This document shows positions 26,787 through 36,138 of a stretch of 64,000 nt of DNA, one piece after another (within the stretch, counting starts at the first letter, position 1; the number at the start of each line of letters is the position of its first letter). The notes under the pieces were generated by a model that did not search any database, was not told the origin of the DNA, and worked only from the letters and a program-made list of their open reading frames with translations. The stretch covers positions 2,978 to 66,977 of the forward strand of contig CAZOJE010000002.1 in assembly GCA_964580065.1 (NCBI GenBank), in the 5' to 3' direction. Source of the stretch: an uncultured Candidatus Saccharibacteria bacterium. Lineage in GTDB: Bacteria > Patescibacteriota > UBA1384 > DTJR01. A program made the translations under genes and the position numbers.

Positions 26787-27758
26787 TTAATATACGGGAT
26801 TTTTGGGCTTCATGCCGTGAAGCACGCAAATTATATTTTCAGCGGCACATTCCGACATACATTCCCTTGCTTCATTTGTAGCACTAGCAATGTGCGGGGT
26901 AAAGATTACATTTGGTAAATCTTTGAGGCCATCAACAGGATTTGGTTCAAATTCAAAAACATCTATTCCAGCGGCAAAGATTTCGCCATTTTTAAGCGCT
27001 TCGCAAAGGGCTTTTTCGTCTATGACTGGTCCGCGCGCAGTGTTTACGATGATGGCGGTTTTTTTCATGGCCTTCAATTGCTCGTGTGAAATTAAATGCC
27101 TAGTGCTATCAAGAAGCGGCACATGCAAAGAAATAAAATCCGATCTTTCAAGTAAAGTATTCAAGGAAACATAATCGGCCTGCAGATTTCGTTCGACATC
27201 TTCGTTGTGATTAGGGTCATTATAGAGAATTTTCATGCCAAAGCCATGATAACCAATTTTGGCTAACGCTTGCCCAATTCGGCCAATACCAACGATTCCA
27301 AGGGTTTTTCCCGCTATCTCCGGTCCGAGCAAGAGTTCCGGCTCCCAATGTTCGTATTTACCTTGTCTGACGAATTCGTCACCTTCAACAATGCGTCGGG
27401 CGCAAGCTAAAATTAAAGCCATGGCGTGTTCGGCAACGGCTTGAGTCATTACTTCGGGAGTGTTGGAAACAAAAATATTTCTTGATTTAGCCGCCTCGAT
27501 ATCTATATTGTCATACCCTACGGCATAGTTAGCAATGATCTTTAATTGCGGACCGATCGCATCCATTATTTTGCCGTCAATTTTATCGGTTAAAAGGGTT
27601 AGGATTGCATCACAACCTTTAGCCCTATCGATCAGCTCTTCTCTCGAGAGGATTTTGTCTTCATCGTTCATTTTGACATCAAAACTTTCGTACTTTTGCA
27701 AAAGCTTCAAGCCATTTTCATCGATTTTGCGAGTGATAAATAATTTCTTTTTTTCCAT
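26787..27758 (-). CDS. D-isomer-specific 2-hydroxyacid dehydrogenase (glycerate/hydroxypyruvate reductase-like)
   Basis: NAD-binding GIVGIGRIGQALA and the catalytic R/E/H arrangement of the family. Confidence 0.75.
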   Translation of the reverse strand: MEKKKLFITRKIDENGLKLLQKYESFDVKMNDEDKILSREELIDRAKGCDAILTLLTDKIDGKIMDAIGPQLKIIANYAVGYDNIDIEAAKSRNIFVSNTPEVMTQAVAEHAMALILACARRIVEGDEFVRQGKYEHWEPELLLGPEIAGKTLGIVGIGRIGQALAKIGYHGFGMKILYNDPNHNEDVERNLQADYVSLNTLLERSDFISLHVPLLDSTRHLISHEQLKAMKKTAIIVNTARGPVIDEKALCEALKNGEIFAAGIDVFEFEPNPVDGLKDLPNVIFTPHIASATNEARECMSECAAENIICVLHGMKPKNPVY

Positions 27759-27766
27759 TTCCCTCC

Positions 27767-28729
27767 CTAAATTTTTGTTTCTCGTAAAGACGAGGCACTT
27801 AATAATGCCCGTTCCATTTGATTATTTGAGAGTAAACCATCTGTGGCGCCAACTTTTGAAATAACACTTGACGAGTTAATCATGCCCCACTTTGCTGCGC
27901 TAACAGCATTCTTGTTGTAAATTATTCCACCGACAAAACCGGACGAGAAGCTATCGCCTGCTCCGGTTGGATCAACGGCGGTGCCGGCAAAAATATTCAT
28001 ATGAAATCTATGATCGTCTTGCGATATGTAGGCGCCGCTTGAGCCGCAAGTAATGATATTTATTTTTGCTCCTAATGCTTTCATCTCTTTTAACTGTGAC
28101 GAAATTTCTTTTGGCCCAAAGATCAAGTCCGCTTCATCTCGATTGATAATAAAAATCTCGCACCATTTAACTAGCGGCGCGAAAAGCGGAAATTTTTCTA
28201 ATTCCCAGCTTCCGGGATTAAAAACGATGCGTGCACCGGATTTGGCTGAAGCGATTAATTTATCGATTAAAATTTCCGCTCCCTTAGCGGCAGAGGCAAA
28301 ATATATCCAATCTGTTTTTGGAATTTTTATTTTATTATAATTTCTTTGCTCATGATGCGATAAAATAGTTCTTTCACTATCGTACAAGATGATAAATGCT
28401 TGGTTCGTCTTGCCGTTCACGGCCGAGCCGTTGAGGAGGACCTTATTTTTATGTAAAAAATCCAAAACTTCTTTGCCTTCTTCGTCATTACCTACAATGG
28501 TGGCAATATATGTTTTAATATTCTGTCGGGCGAAACCTATTGCGACATTAAGGGCGCTACCACCAAAATCGCGATTGGTTTCAGAAACTGGGATTTTTTC
28601 TCCGTAGTTGAAGCAAATTTCTTTTTCTCGAGTTCGCTTATTGACGGACAAAGCGGCGTTTTCTTTGTCTATACAAATTATTTGATCAATAGTTGAATCG
28701 CCAATAGTTAAAATAGATTTTTCCTCCAT
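27767..28729 (-). CDS. PfkB-family carbohydrate kinase (ribokinase-like)
   Basis: GGSALNVA and C-terminal GAGDSF signature. Confidence 0.75.
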   Translation of the reverse strand: MEEKSILTIGDSTIDQIICIDKENAALSVNKRTREKEICFNYGEKIPVSETNRDFGGSALNVAIGFARQNIKTYIATIVGNDEEGKEVLDFLHKNKVLLNGSAVNGKTNQAFIILYDSERTILSHHEQRNYNKIKIPKTDWIYFASAAKGAEILIDKLIASAKSGARIVFNPGSWELEKFPLFAPLVKWCEIFIINRDEADLIFGPKEISSQLKEMKALGAKINIITCGSSGAYISQDDHRFHMNIFAGTAVDPTGAGDSFSSGFVGGIIYNKNAVSAAKWGMINSSSVISKVGATDGLLSNNQMERALLSASSLRETKI

Positions 28730-28802
28730 GCGTTAAATATATCATATCTAGCAGTTTGGTTTAACAACCGGACTTAAAATTTATTCGTTAGTTAGCTGGC
28801 AA

Positions 28803-29372
28803 TTATCCTATTTTTTTATACTTGACCGTGTTGCTGTCGGGATCAAAAAGGCCATACATTCCTAGCCCATCGGGATATTTTTGGAAAGACGGGATCTTTA
28901 TATGGGTCGTGGCGGCATACTTCACTAGACCATATTGAGAGTGTAGATGCCCCGAAAGATGATATTTTGGGGCGTTTGCAAATGGTGTCTCAAGGATATT
29001 TTTTAAAGGCGGACGGTGCGTTAAAAGGATTGTTCCGGCTATATCAGCGCTGTCAAATTCATCGAGAATTTCCCCGTCTGATATTCCAAAAACATAGTCT
29101 TTGCCAATTTTTCTTTTGACTAATTGAGCGGAATGTTTTGAGTCCCAAACGCGTCTCCTGACATTTGCTCCGTCGTTGTTGCCCGTAATCAAAAATGATT
29201 TTGGCACCGATTCAAGACAAGAAAAAAATTTTTCAAGATAATCTAAATCATCTCCTTGGCAAATATCACCACAACAAATCAGCCCGTCCGGTTTTTCAAG
29301 TTTAATAAGCTGTTTCAGTTGTGCTAGACAAGCATTATTACTATGTGTATCGCTTATCAGGATTATTTTCAC
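28803..29372 (-). CDS. Metallophosphoesterase (YfcE-like)
   Basis: ISDTH...GD...GNND motifs. Confidence 0.7.
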   Translation of the reverse strand: MKIILISDTHSNNACLAQLKQLIKLEKPDGLICCGDICQGDDLDYLEKFFSCLESVPKSFLITGNNDGANVRRRVWDSKHSAQLVKRKIGKDYVFGISDGEILDEFDSADIAGTILLTHRPPLKNILETPFANAPKYHLSGHLHSQYGLVKYAATTHIKIPSFQKYPDGLGMYGLFDPDSNTVKYKKIG

Positions 29373-30016
29373 TTGTTTAAGTCTGCTTCGATTGTCGAAG
29401 AAAGCTGGCTAAGATCTTCAAGATATGTACCGTTGACAAAGATACTTGGTGTGCCTTGCAACCCTAGTGAAACAGCGTCTTCGCTGTCTTTGGCTACATT
29501 GTTTTTTATCTTTTCAGATGACATATCTTGGGTGAATTTGCTTTTATTAAGCCCTAAGTCGTCGGCAATTTTCGCCAAACCTTTTTCGTCGGCATTTTGA
29601 TAATTGTTAAAAATCAAATCATTAGCTTCTTTAAATTTCCCCTGTAGAGAAGCGGCTTCGGCGGCGCGGCTCATCGGCTCGGCGGCATTATGGATAAGGT
29701 ATGTTCGATGGTAAACTACAATTTTGTCGCCATATTTGTCTGCAATTTCTTTAAGGGTGGTGTTTATATTTTTGCAACCCGGGCAAAGGTAATCCGAAAA
29801 AATAACGACTTTTACCTTAGCGTCTTTCTTGCCTATATATGGCGCATCATCTCTATAAATTAGCTTCTCGTCTGTTCCGACTGTTGATTGTGAGCTAGTA
29901 TCTTGTGTCGGCGCCGATGTTTTTTCGGGCGAAGCAATTAAAATTACGCCTAATATGATACCGGCAATTGCGACAAAGATTAGAAAAGCCCCAGAATTAT
30001 TATTTTTTTTAGCCAT
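29369..30016 (-). CDS. DsbA-like thiol:disulfide oxidoreductase, membrane-anchored
   Basis: N-terminal TM and a CPGC active site in a thioredoxin fold. Confidence 0.7.
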   Translation of the reverse strand: MAKKNNNSGAFLIFVAIAGIILGVILIASPEKTSAPTQDTSSQSTVGTDEKLIYRDDAPYIGKKDAKVKVVIFSDYLCPGCKNINTTLKEIADKYGDKIVVYHRTYLIHNAAEPMSRAAEAASLQGKFKEANDLIFNNYQNADEKGLAKIADDLGLNKSKFTQDMSSEKIKNNVAKDSEDAVSLGLQGTPSIFVNGTYLEDLSQLSSTIEADLNK

Positions 30017-31004
30017 TTTGACTCCTTATAATTGATTCAATTTCTTTTACCGCCAGATCCATTTTTCCCTCAATATTTTTGACGATTTTATCGCAGATAC
30101 CTGCATGACGTATTTCGATTCTAGCAATCTCCATTCTCTTTTCAATAGCTTCTGGTGACTCCGTTGCCCGTTTGACGAGACGTTTTTTTAAATCTTTAAG
30201 GTCTACCTCTAGGAAAATAGCATATACGTTTGCAAACAATTTTTTAAAACTTCGAACGCCGTTTAAATCAATTTCCATTAACGCATTTTTGCCGAGCCCA
30301 AGAATATTATCAACTTCATTTTTTGAAGCACCATACCAGTTGCCGTTATAGCAGTTTTTTTCAATCAACTCGCCGTTTGCTTCCATTTGGTTGAACTTTT
30401 TTTTGTCAACAAAAATCCTTTCAGAACTTTCGTTAGGACGCTTTTCTCGTGTGGTGACTGTTCTTGCTTTGACTAAATTGAGTTTTCTATTTTTTAAAAG
30501 GGCTTGAGTAATAGCGCCCTTCCCCGCTCCGGCGGAACCACAGATTATAAATATTTTGGGGTAAAGTTGATTTACGATCGTTTCGTTAGTTTTGAGCAAA
30601 GAACTTTTGTGCCATACGTATTCTAGTTTTTCAACCGCTTTGTCTTTTTCCAAAAATTCATATTGGCTGAATTCTTTTTTGTCAACATTAAGCTGGCTCC
30701 CCGTTATATCAAAAGCAAAAGCTAATTCTTTTACCTCGCCATTTCTTTTTGGGTCACTACTATTTTTTGCCACAAAATTATTTGTCTGGCCTGTATAAAA
30801 GAAATTACGCCATTGGCTGGTGCCTAGTTCTTCGATTAGCTCTCTTTTGACGCCTTCAATGTATGATTCTTGCTCACAACCCTTGCCATCACCAACATGG
30901 CCGGTTGGAAGTCTCCAGAGCCCGTTGTGCGTTGCACGGCCGACAAAATATAATGGCTTTCCCTCAACAATTTTGTAGGGAATAAATTGAACTTTTTTGA
31001 TCAT
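30009..31004 (-). CDS. Fusion protein: N-terminal Nudix hydrolase and C-terminal guanylate-kinase-like P-loop domain
   Basis: Nudix box GHVGDGKGCEQESYIEGVKRELIEELG (aa ~35-61). The C-terminal half has GSAGAGKG, then TVTTRE..R, then ...NGNWYG..., matching Gmk order (P-loop, TTR, Y-G). Confidence 0.6.
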   Translation of the reverse strand: MIKKVQFIPYKIVEGKPLYFVGRATHNGLWRLPTGHVGDGKGCEQESYIEGVKRELIEELGTSQWRNFFYTGQTNNFVAKNSSDPKRNGEVKELAFAFDITGSQLNVDKKEFSQYEFLEKDKAVEKLEYVWHKSSLLKTNETIVNQLYPKIFIICGSAGAGKGAITQALLKNRKLNLVKARTVTTREKRPNESSERIFVDKKKFNQMEANGELIEKNCYNGNWYGASKNEVDNILGLGKNALMEIDLNGVRSFKKLFANVYAIFLEVDLKDLKKRLVKRATESPEAIEKRMEIARIEIRHAGICDKIVKNIEGKMDLAVKEIESIIRSQNG

Positions 31005-31261
31005 TTTTTTACTTCAACTTCTTCTTTATCTTGAAGTTTGAGTTTATCCCAAACATTTCTTAAGTCAATTAACCGATGAGAGTGCATTGCGCCAGTGCAG
31101 TCGCAAGGAATATCATAAATTCTTACTTTTATGGCAGTGCCCTTTATGTTTAGAGCTTGCTCACCTATCTCGATATCATTCCAAATTTTTTTTGGAACAA
31201 CGATGAATTTATCTATTTCGGTGAAATCATTGAATGCCTTTGTAAAGACTTTGAGCCTCAT
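31001..31261 (-). CDS. Small hypothetical protein (86 aa), 4-nt overlap with the downstream Nudix-Gmk gene
   Basis: ORF with CxC...HxH residues; translational coupling (ATGA overlap) suggests it is real. Confidence 0.4.
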   Translation of the reverse strand: MRLKVFTKAFNDFTEIDKFIVVPKKIWNDIEIGEQALNIKGTAIKVRIYDIPCDCTGAMHSHRLIDLRNVWDKLKLQDKEEVEVKK

Positions 31262-31358
31262 AAGCTAAAAATACCACGGAATATTAAATCCATAAATAAG
31301 CAAAGAGAGCACAAAAAGAATGAACGACATTATTAGGACGACTATGATCGAGATAATA

Positions 31359-32588
31359 TTATTTTTTTCTTGGTTTTGTGACGGCATTTGATTTTTTTAC
31401 TTTTGCTATAGTTGTCTTTTTTACAGGAGTTTTAATCGATTCAAGCTTAGTCATTTTTATTGGCACTTCTTTTTTATCTGATATCGGAGACATTTGCGTT
31501 GTTTGCTTTTCAAAGATTGCTAATAATATCGCGCCTAGCGATATAATTATAAGGGAAAAATCTACGAACCAACCGAACACTGGAATGTAGCCAAGGAGAA
31601 TAAAAATAACAGCCCCAGCCGAGCAAACCAGCCAATTTGATTCTAGGGGCTTTCGATTAATCAAACCGATAACTAATTTGCCCGTGAATATTGCGGCGAT
31701 AGCGGCGGCAATGAAAAACGAAAGGATGTAAAGGCAGAGCAAGCTAAAGCCAAAAATCATGCCAATTAAAGTGGAAATAATCACTATTATTGCTATTGGC
31801 GCCAAGAACAGATAGCAAAAACCGAGCAGAGCTGATCTGACGGTATTATTTTGCGCTATTGTGGTTGCTTGACCTGTGAATTTTGGTGAAAAGTAAGTCA
31901 AAACAATTGCAAGAATGAATAAACCAATGACGCGAACCAGAAAGTCAAAACCGTTATTTTGGCGAGTTTTGCCATGATTGAACTCTTTTTGCTCAATAGA
32001 GCCAATTTTTGCCGCAGATGATATATCAGCACTTTCTTTACTAGCGTAGACTAATTTTCCGCTGATTTCTGTGTTATCGGCAATTTTTATTTTTTCGGCA
32101 TTTATTTCCACGTCACCTGAATATTTGCCAGAGATTGCAACGCTTGAACCATTAATTTTTGTCTTTCCCTTTACGGTTCCATTTGCGTTGACATTTCCGG
32201 CGTTAACAATTAAATCGCCCGAAACAATATTCTTATCTGTCGAAGTGAAAGTGCCGCTAAAAATAATCTCATCTTCACTCACGGGGCCATTAACAGTGAC
32301 AGTGCCGCCAAAAATTCTTAGATTTTGACCTACAGGAGAGTCGATTTTGATCGTTCCGCCTGCTGTAAATAAATTCTTTTCAATATTTTTTTCGCTATAA
32401 ATATCGCTACCGAAAGTAACTGTGTCTCCAGCCATATCGGAATTAATATTAACTGTTGAACCAAATATATAAGCGTTTTTGAGTGGCTGATCGATATTTA
32501 CAGAATCGTCTGCTTTGATATCGGCGGCGAGGACTGCAGAAGGTAAGATTAAAACTGCAAACAATGAAAGCACAATTTTTTTAATCAT
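31359..32588 (-). CDS. Membrane protein with an N-terminal signal peptide, an extracytoplasmic bactofilin/DUF4097-like beta-helical repeat domain, C-terminal multi-TM region and a Lys-rich tail
   Basis: Repeats such as GGTVTVNGPV...SGDLIVNAGNVNANGTVKGKTKINGSSVAISGKYSGDVEIN, followed by 4-5 hydrophobic helices. Confidence 0.5.
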   Translation of the reverse strand: MIKKIVLSLFAVLILPSAVLAADIKADDSVNIDQPLKNAYIFGSTVNINSDMAGDTVTFGSDIYSEKNIEKNLFTAGGTIKIDSPVGQNLRIFGGTVTVNGPVSEDEIIFSGTFTSTDKNIVSGDLIVNAGNVNANGTVKGKTKINGSSVAISGKYSGDVEINAEKIKIADNTEISGKLVYASKESADISSAAKIGSIEQKEFNHGKTRQNNGFDFLVRVIGLFILAIVLTYFSPKFTGQATTIAQNNTVRSALLGFCYLFLAPIAIIVIISTLIGMIFGFSLLCLYILSFFIAAAIAAIFTGKLVIGLINRKPLESNWLVCSAGAVIFILLGYIPVFGWFVDFSLIIISLGAILLAIFEKQTTQMSPISDKKEVPIKMTKLESIKTPVKKTTIAKVKKSNAVTKPRKK

Positions 32589-32706
32589 ATTTCTCCATTT
32601 GAGTTTATTAAGATTAAGCTATCATTTAATTATCAGGTGTCAATAGGTGCCGAGATCCTTTCTTAATCTGTCTAAAAATGGTATTTGTAAATAAAAAGGG
32701 AGAAAA

Positions 32707-32892
32707 ATGAAAATAACTGTTGACAAAGACAAATGTATTGCCTGCGGGATGTGTGCCTCAACCTGCCCGCAGTGCTTTGAAATAAAAGATGGTTTCAGCC
32801 ACGTTAAGGAAGGCGTGGAAGATCATCGCGATTGCGATCTCGATCAAGTTGCAGCTGATTGTCCGGTTGGGGCAATTGAAATCAGTGAATAA
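32707..32892 (+). CDS. fdx: 4Fe-4S single-cluster ferredoxin
   Basis: CIACGMCASTCP ... C...CP motifs in 61 aa. Confidence 0.8.
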   Translation: MKITVDKDKCIACGMCASTCPQCFEIKDGFSHVKEGVEDHRDCDLDQVAADCPVGAIEISE

Positions 32893-32900
32893 TTAGCCAA

Positions 32901-32926
32901 AGGAAAAGGGGCCAATTGTTGGCCCC
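32901..32926. terminator. Hairpin GGGGCCAA ttg TTGGCCCC with an A-run on plus and a T-run on minus; likely a minus-strand terminator closing the adjacent GC-rich element, also positioned after fdx
   Basis: Perfect 8-bp stem at 32908-32926; the minus-strand reading is followed by TTTTCCTTT. Confidence 0.5.
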
Positions 32927-32943
32927 GGAAAGGCGTGCGAGGA

Positions 32944-33345
32944 CTACGACGCTCCGACGATGAACGCGATCCTCGTGATGCTCTTGACCCTGTATGGGCA
33001 GTGCCCCTTCGACGTACTTTGAGGAGATAGGGTCGCGGTAAGCTCGACGTAGCGGCCATCACCCATCTTTATCCAACCGATAATCCTGCCGACAAATGCG
33101 GATCCGACAAACACCTTCTCTCCCTTCCGCTTCCCGTTCCTGCTGGCGATGGTGCCGATCAGATGGTTAGCACCTTGCTGAAAGTACCGGGGAGGACGAA
33201 CCGTGACTTCGGCACGGAAATCCGGCTTTCTCTTTCGAGCTGTTTGGACACGACGATGCAAATGCGTCTGGGGCTTGCTGACTGGCTTACTTCCGTGAGA
33301 CACGAAATATCCCTCCTCGAATGTGGTCGTGAGATGGCCGGTCAA
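32944..33345 (-). other. ~450-bp GC-rich foreign-looking patch carrying a 133-codon basic ORF on the minus strand; unresolved between a horizontally acquired small CDS and a structured RNA
   Basis: GC is visibly much higher than the flanks. The minus-strand ORF (MTGHLTTTFEEG...) spans the whole patch with no recognised domain, and a minus-strand terminator hairpin lies at its 3' end. Confidence 0.3.
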
Positions 33346-33381
33346 GGAAAATCTAATTTAAAAAAAGAAATATTTCAAGAG

Positions 33382-34137
33382 CTAGGACGATTTACTTTCT
33401 TTAATGGCCGATAATTCAATAAAAATTTCGGGATTTCTTTTGGCGGCGCGGCCAATGAGAACGCCTTCAAGCCCATCAATTTTTTCTCTTAAAGTTTCGA
33501 GACTGTCGATATCCCCGCTTCCAAGGACAACAAGGTCGGGGAAATTTGTTTTTATAAGTTGAATTGCCTTCCAGTCAGCTTGCCCGTGATATTTTTGTGT
33601 CGGCGTACGACCGTGAACGGCAATCATATCAATCCCCGCTTCTTTAATTTTGTTTATAAAATTCAAACTATCTTGAATATTTTTTGAAACTAATCTTATT
33701 TTTGCGCTTATAGGAATTTTTTTAACGACTAATTTTATCGCGCCGACAATTTCTGCCGCTTTTTCTGAATCAGAAAGTTGAATAGAGCCAAATCCTTGCT
33801 TGGCGGCCTTTTGAACCGGACAACCAAAATTAATATCTATTCCGTCCGGAATAAATTCCTGTTCAATGATTTTTGCCGCTTCGGCCATGGTTTGAGGATT
33901 GTCGCCAAAAATTTGAATGATGATTGGTCGTTCTTCCGGCTCAAAATGCATCATTTGCCATGCTTGAGGAATGCGACGAATTATGGCTTCAGCAGCAACC
34001 ATTTCTGAATAAACTACATCAGCACCGGCTTTGCGGCAGAGAAGGCGCAAAGGGCTTTTTGAAACAGCGTGCATCGGGGCTAGACCAATGATTGGCTTAG
34101 AGACATTATTAAACCAATAATTTTTCTTCTTTATCAT
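33382..34137 (-). CDS. dus: tRNA-dihydrouridine synthase
   Basis: TIM-barrel Dus motifs (LAPMHAVSK...; catalytic Cys region NFGCP...). Confidence 0.8.
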   Translation of the reverse strand: MIKKKNYWFNNVSKPIIGLAPMHAVSKSPLRLLCRKAGADVVYSEMVAAEAIIRRIPQAWQMMHFEPEERPIIIQIFGDNPQTMAEAAKIIEQEFIPDGIDINFGCPVQKAAKQGFGSIQLSDSEKAAEIVGAIKLVVKKIPISAKIRLVSKNIQDSLNFINKIKEAGIDMIAVHGRTPTQKYHGQADWKAIQLIKTNFPDLVVLGSGDIDSLETLREKIDGLEGVLIGRAAKRNPEIFIELSAIKESKSS

Positions 34138-34871
34138 TTTTCAATTTTTAATTTGTTCAAAAAACCAGCCAAATTTTCGGGTAAATCGTCTTGGAGGCAA
34201 ACAACGTTTCCGTCTAAATCCCTTATCTTCAAGCTTATTGCATGCAAGAACTGTCGGTCGAGACCAAGCTTTTTTGAAATCCTTTTTGACTTTTTATTGT
34301 TATAAACCGGATCGCCGATGACTGGACACCCCTCATATTGCATGTGGACTCTAATCTGATGTTTTCGGCCGGTCAAAATTTGCACGTCCAATAAACTCAA
34401 CATTTCACCATCAAATTTAAATTGCTCGATTACTTTATAGCGTGTAGCCGATTTTTTTCGCTCTATTTCATCTAAACCAAAATTCAAAAGATCAATTTTT
34501 TGTTTTTTGCGATCTTTGGGATCACGTCGAATAAAGGCATCAATAGATCTCTCTTTAAACGGCGGTGAGCCAAGAACCAAAGCAAGATAATGTTTTTCGA
34601 CTTCCCTACTTTTAAACTGGGCTTGAAAAAAATCTAAAGTTTTTTGATTTTTGGCTAAAATTAAAAGACCCGAGGTTTCTTTATCTAGACGGTGAACTAT
34701 TCCCGGCCGAATTTTTGACAGCCACGTTTGCGTTTTAATTTCTGGTCTGGTTTGCAAAAGCCAATCCACGATCGTGAATTGTTTTCCACCAGCTCCATCA
34801 TGAACGGATATGCCGGCCGGTTTAGAGATGATCAAATAATCATCGTTTTCTTTTAAGATTTTTATTTCCAT
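34134..34871 (-). CDS. RluA-family pseudouridine synthase
   Basis: Catalytic HRLDKETSGLLILAK motif; 4-nt overlap with dus. Confidence 0.85.
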   Translation of the reverse strand: MEIKILKENDDYLIISKPAGISVHDGAGGKQFTIVDWLLQTRPEIKTQTWLSKIRPGIVHRLDKETSGLLILAKNQKTLDFFQAQFKSREVEKHYLALVLGSPPFKERSIDAFIRRDPKDRKKQKIDLLNFGLDEIERKKSATRYKVIEQFKFDGEMLSLLDVQILTGRKHQIRVHMQYEGCPVIGDPVYNNKKSKRISKKLGLDRQFLHAISLKIRDLDGNVVCLQDDLPENLAGFLNKLKIEK

Positions 34872-34890
34872 TTAGCAGACCCTAGTAACC

Positions 34891-36033
34891 CTAGCCGGTT
34901 ATTTGAATTTGATCTTCTTCCGGCTTTTCAAGAGCACTTTGATTTTTAATTTTATCAACAACGCCGGTAAGTTGCCTTGTCCTTGTTGTTGATACAACGT
35001 CAAATTGCTTACTGGCTGAAGCAATTCTGTCACCTAGAAGATCTACGGATTGCGAATACTTTTGATATTCGTCATCGAATTTTTGAATTAGTCCGATAAT
35101 GTGATGAATATTTTTTTGGTAGCGGAAATTGCTGTAGGCCTGTTTTACCATACGCAAAATTGCCGTGAAACTGAACGGGCCAGCCAAAACAACTTTTTTC
35201 TTCATCGCCTCTTCCCAAACATCGGCCATGTTTTCATAAATATAAGAAAAAATCATTTCATTAGGAATGAAAAGAATAACAAAATCGACGGTATTTTCTT
35301 CGGGATTAATATAATCACGGGTGCACACTTGCTTGATCTTATTTTTGACATCTTGTTTAAAAGTTAGAAAATGCCTTTTTTTATCGGCGTTATTTTCGGC
35401 CTCTAGGGACTTTACGAGAGAATTGTAAGGAAACTTAACATCGATATTTATTTTAGTTCTGTCGGGGAGAAAAATCGTGAAATCAGGCCTGGTGTCTTGA
35501 GTCGCTTGAGTCTCATTTCGAGAGAAATCTTTGCCGATAACAAACCCTGCCATTTCAAGCAGGTTTTCGGCAATTTGTTCGCCAAAAGCGCCGCGCATCT
35601 GATTATTTGACAAAAGATTTTTTAGCTTATCGGTGCTAATTTTTAGTTCGCCAGTAATCTTCTTGTAGCTTTCGAGCTCTGTTTGTAAGGTTGAGAAGCT
35701 TTTGATTCTTTCCTCTTCTGTTTTGATGAGCTTTTCCTCGTTTTTCTTTAAATCTTTTCTGATCTCGTCAATCAAATTATTAATAGCGTTCTTTTTGCCG
35801 TCGAGATCAATAGCCATTTCATTTTTTTGTCCTTGGAGCACTTCTTTGGCCATTAATAAAAATCTTTGACTATTTTTGTCAAGTGCCTCAATTGATAGTT
35901 TCGAAATCATACCCTCAACAGACTCATTGTTTCCCCGTTGTTTTTTTGACAGTAAGATAAACGTAATAATCCCCACTATCAAACCAAGTGTAACGGCGCC
36001 GATGATGATAATAATGTCTAATCCTGTTTTCAT
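34891..36033 (-). CDS. rmuC: DNA recombination protein RmuC
   Basis: N-terminal TM, long coiled coil, and a conserved C-terminal RmuC nuclease-like domain. Confidence 0.8.
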   Translation of the reverse strand: MKTGLDIIIIIGAVTLGLIVGIITFILLSKKQRGNNESVEGMISKLSIEALDKNSQRFLLMAKEVLQGQKNEMAIDLDGKKNAINNLIDEIRKDLKKNEEKLIKTEEERIKSFSTLQTELESYKKITGELKISTDKLKNLLSNNQMRGAFGEQIAENLLEMAGFVIGKDFSRNETQATQDTRPDFTIFLPDRTKINIDVKFPYNSLVKSLEAENNADKKRHFLTFKQDVKNKIKQVCTRDYINPEENTVDFVILFIPNEMIFSYIYENMADVWEEAMKKKVVLAGPFSFTAILRMVKQAYSNFRYQKNIHHIIGLIQKFDDEYQKYSQSVDLLGDRIASASKQFDVVSTTRTRQLTGVVDKIKNQSALEKPEEDQIQITG

Positions 36034-36054
36034 TTATATTTTTTATATCTACTG

Positions 36055-36090
36055 CATTATAATACCGAACGAATGTCGAACGTGTCAAAC
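36055..36090 (-). promoter_or_regulatory. Putative rmuC promoter on the minus strand (TTGACA-18 nt-TATTAT) giving a very short leader
   Basis: Minus-strand TTGACA corresponds to plus 36083-36088; the -10 lies around plus 36059-36064. Confidence 0.4.
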
Positions 36091-36092
36091 AT

Positions 36093-36127
36093 AAAACAAG
36101 CCCCCGCAAATGCGAGGGCTTGTTTTA
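36093..36127 (-). terminator. Terminator of the RRM-protein gene (minus); bidirectional in form
   Basis: AAAACAAGCCC ... GGGCTTGTTTT, an 11-bp perfect stem flanked by A and T runs, 12 nt after the stop at 36139. Confidence 0.65.
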
Positions 36128-36138
36128 TTGGTCGATAT

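Noticed and set aside
32895-33360. Calling the GC-rich patch RNase P RNA or tmRNA.
   Set aside because: Only loose matches to P4/P10-12 consensus segments. No GGAAAGUCCGG/ACAGAACCCGGCUUA pair, no tmRNA 3' tRNA-like end or tag ORF. Left as unresolved pending a covariance-model search.
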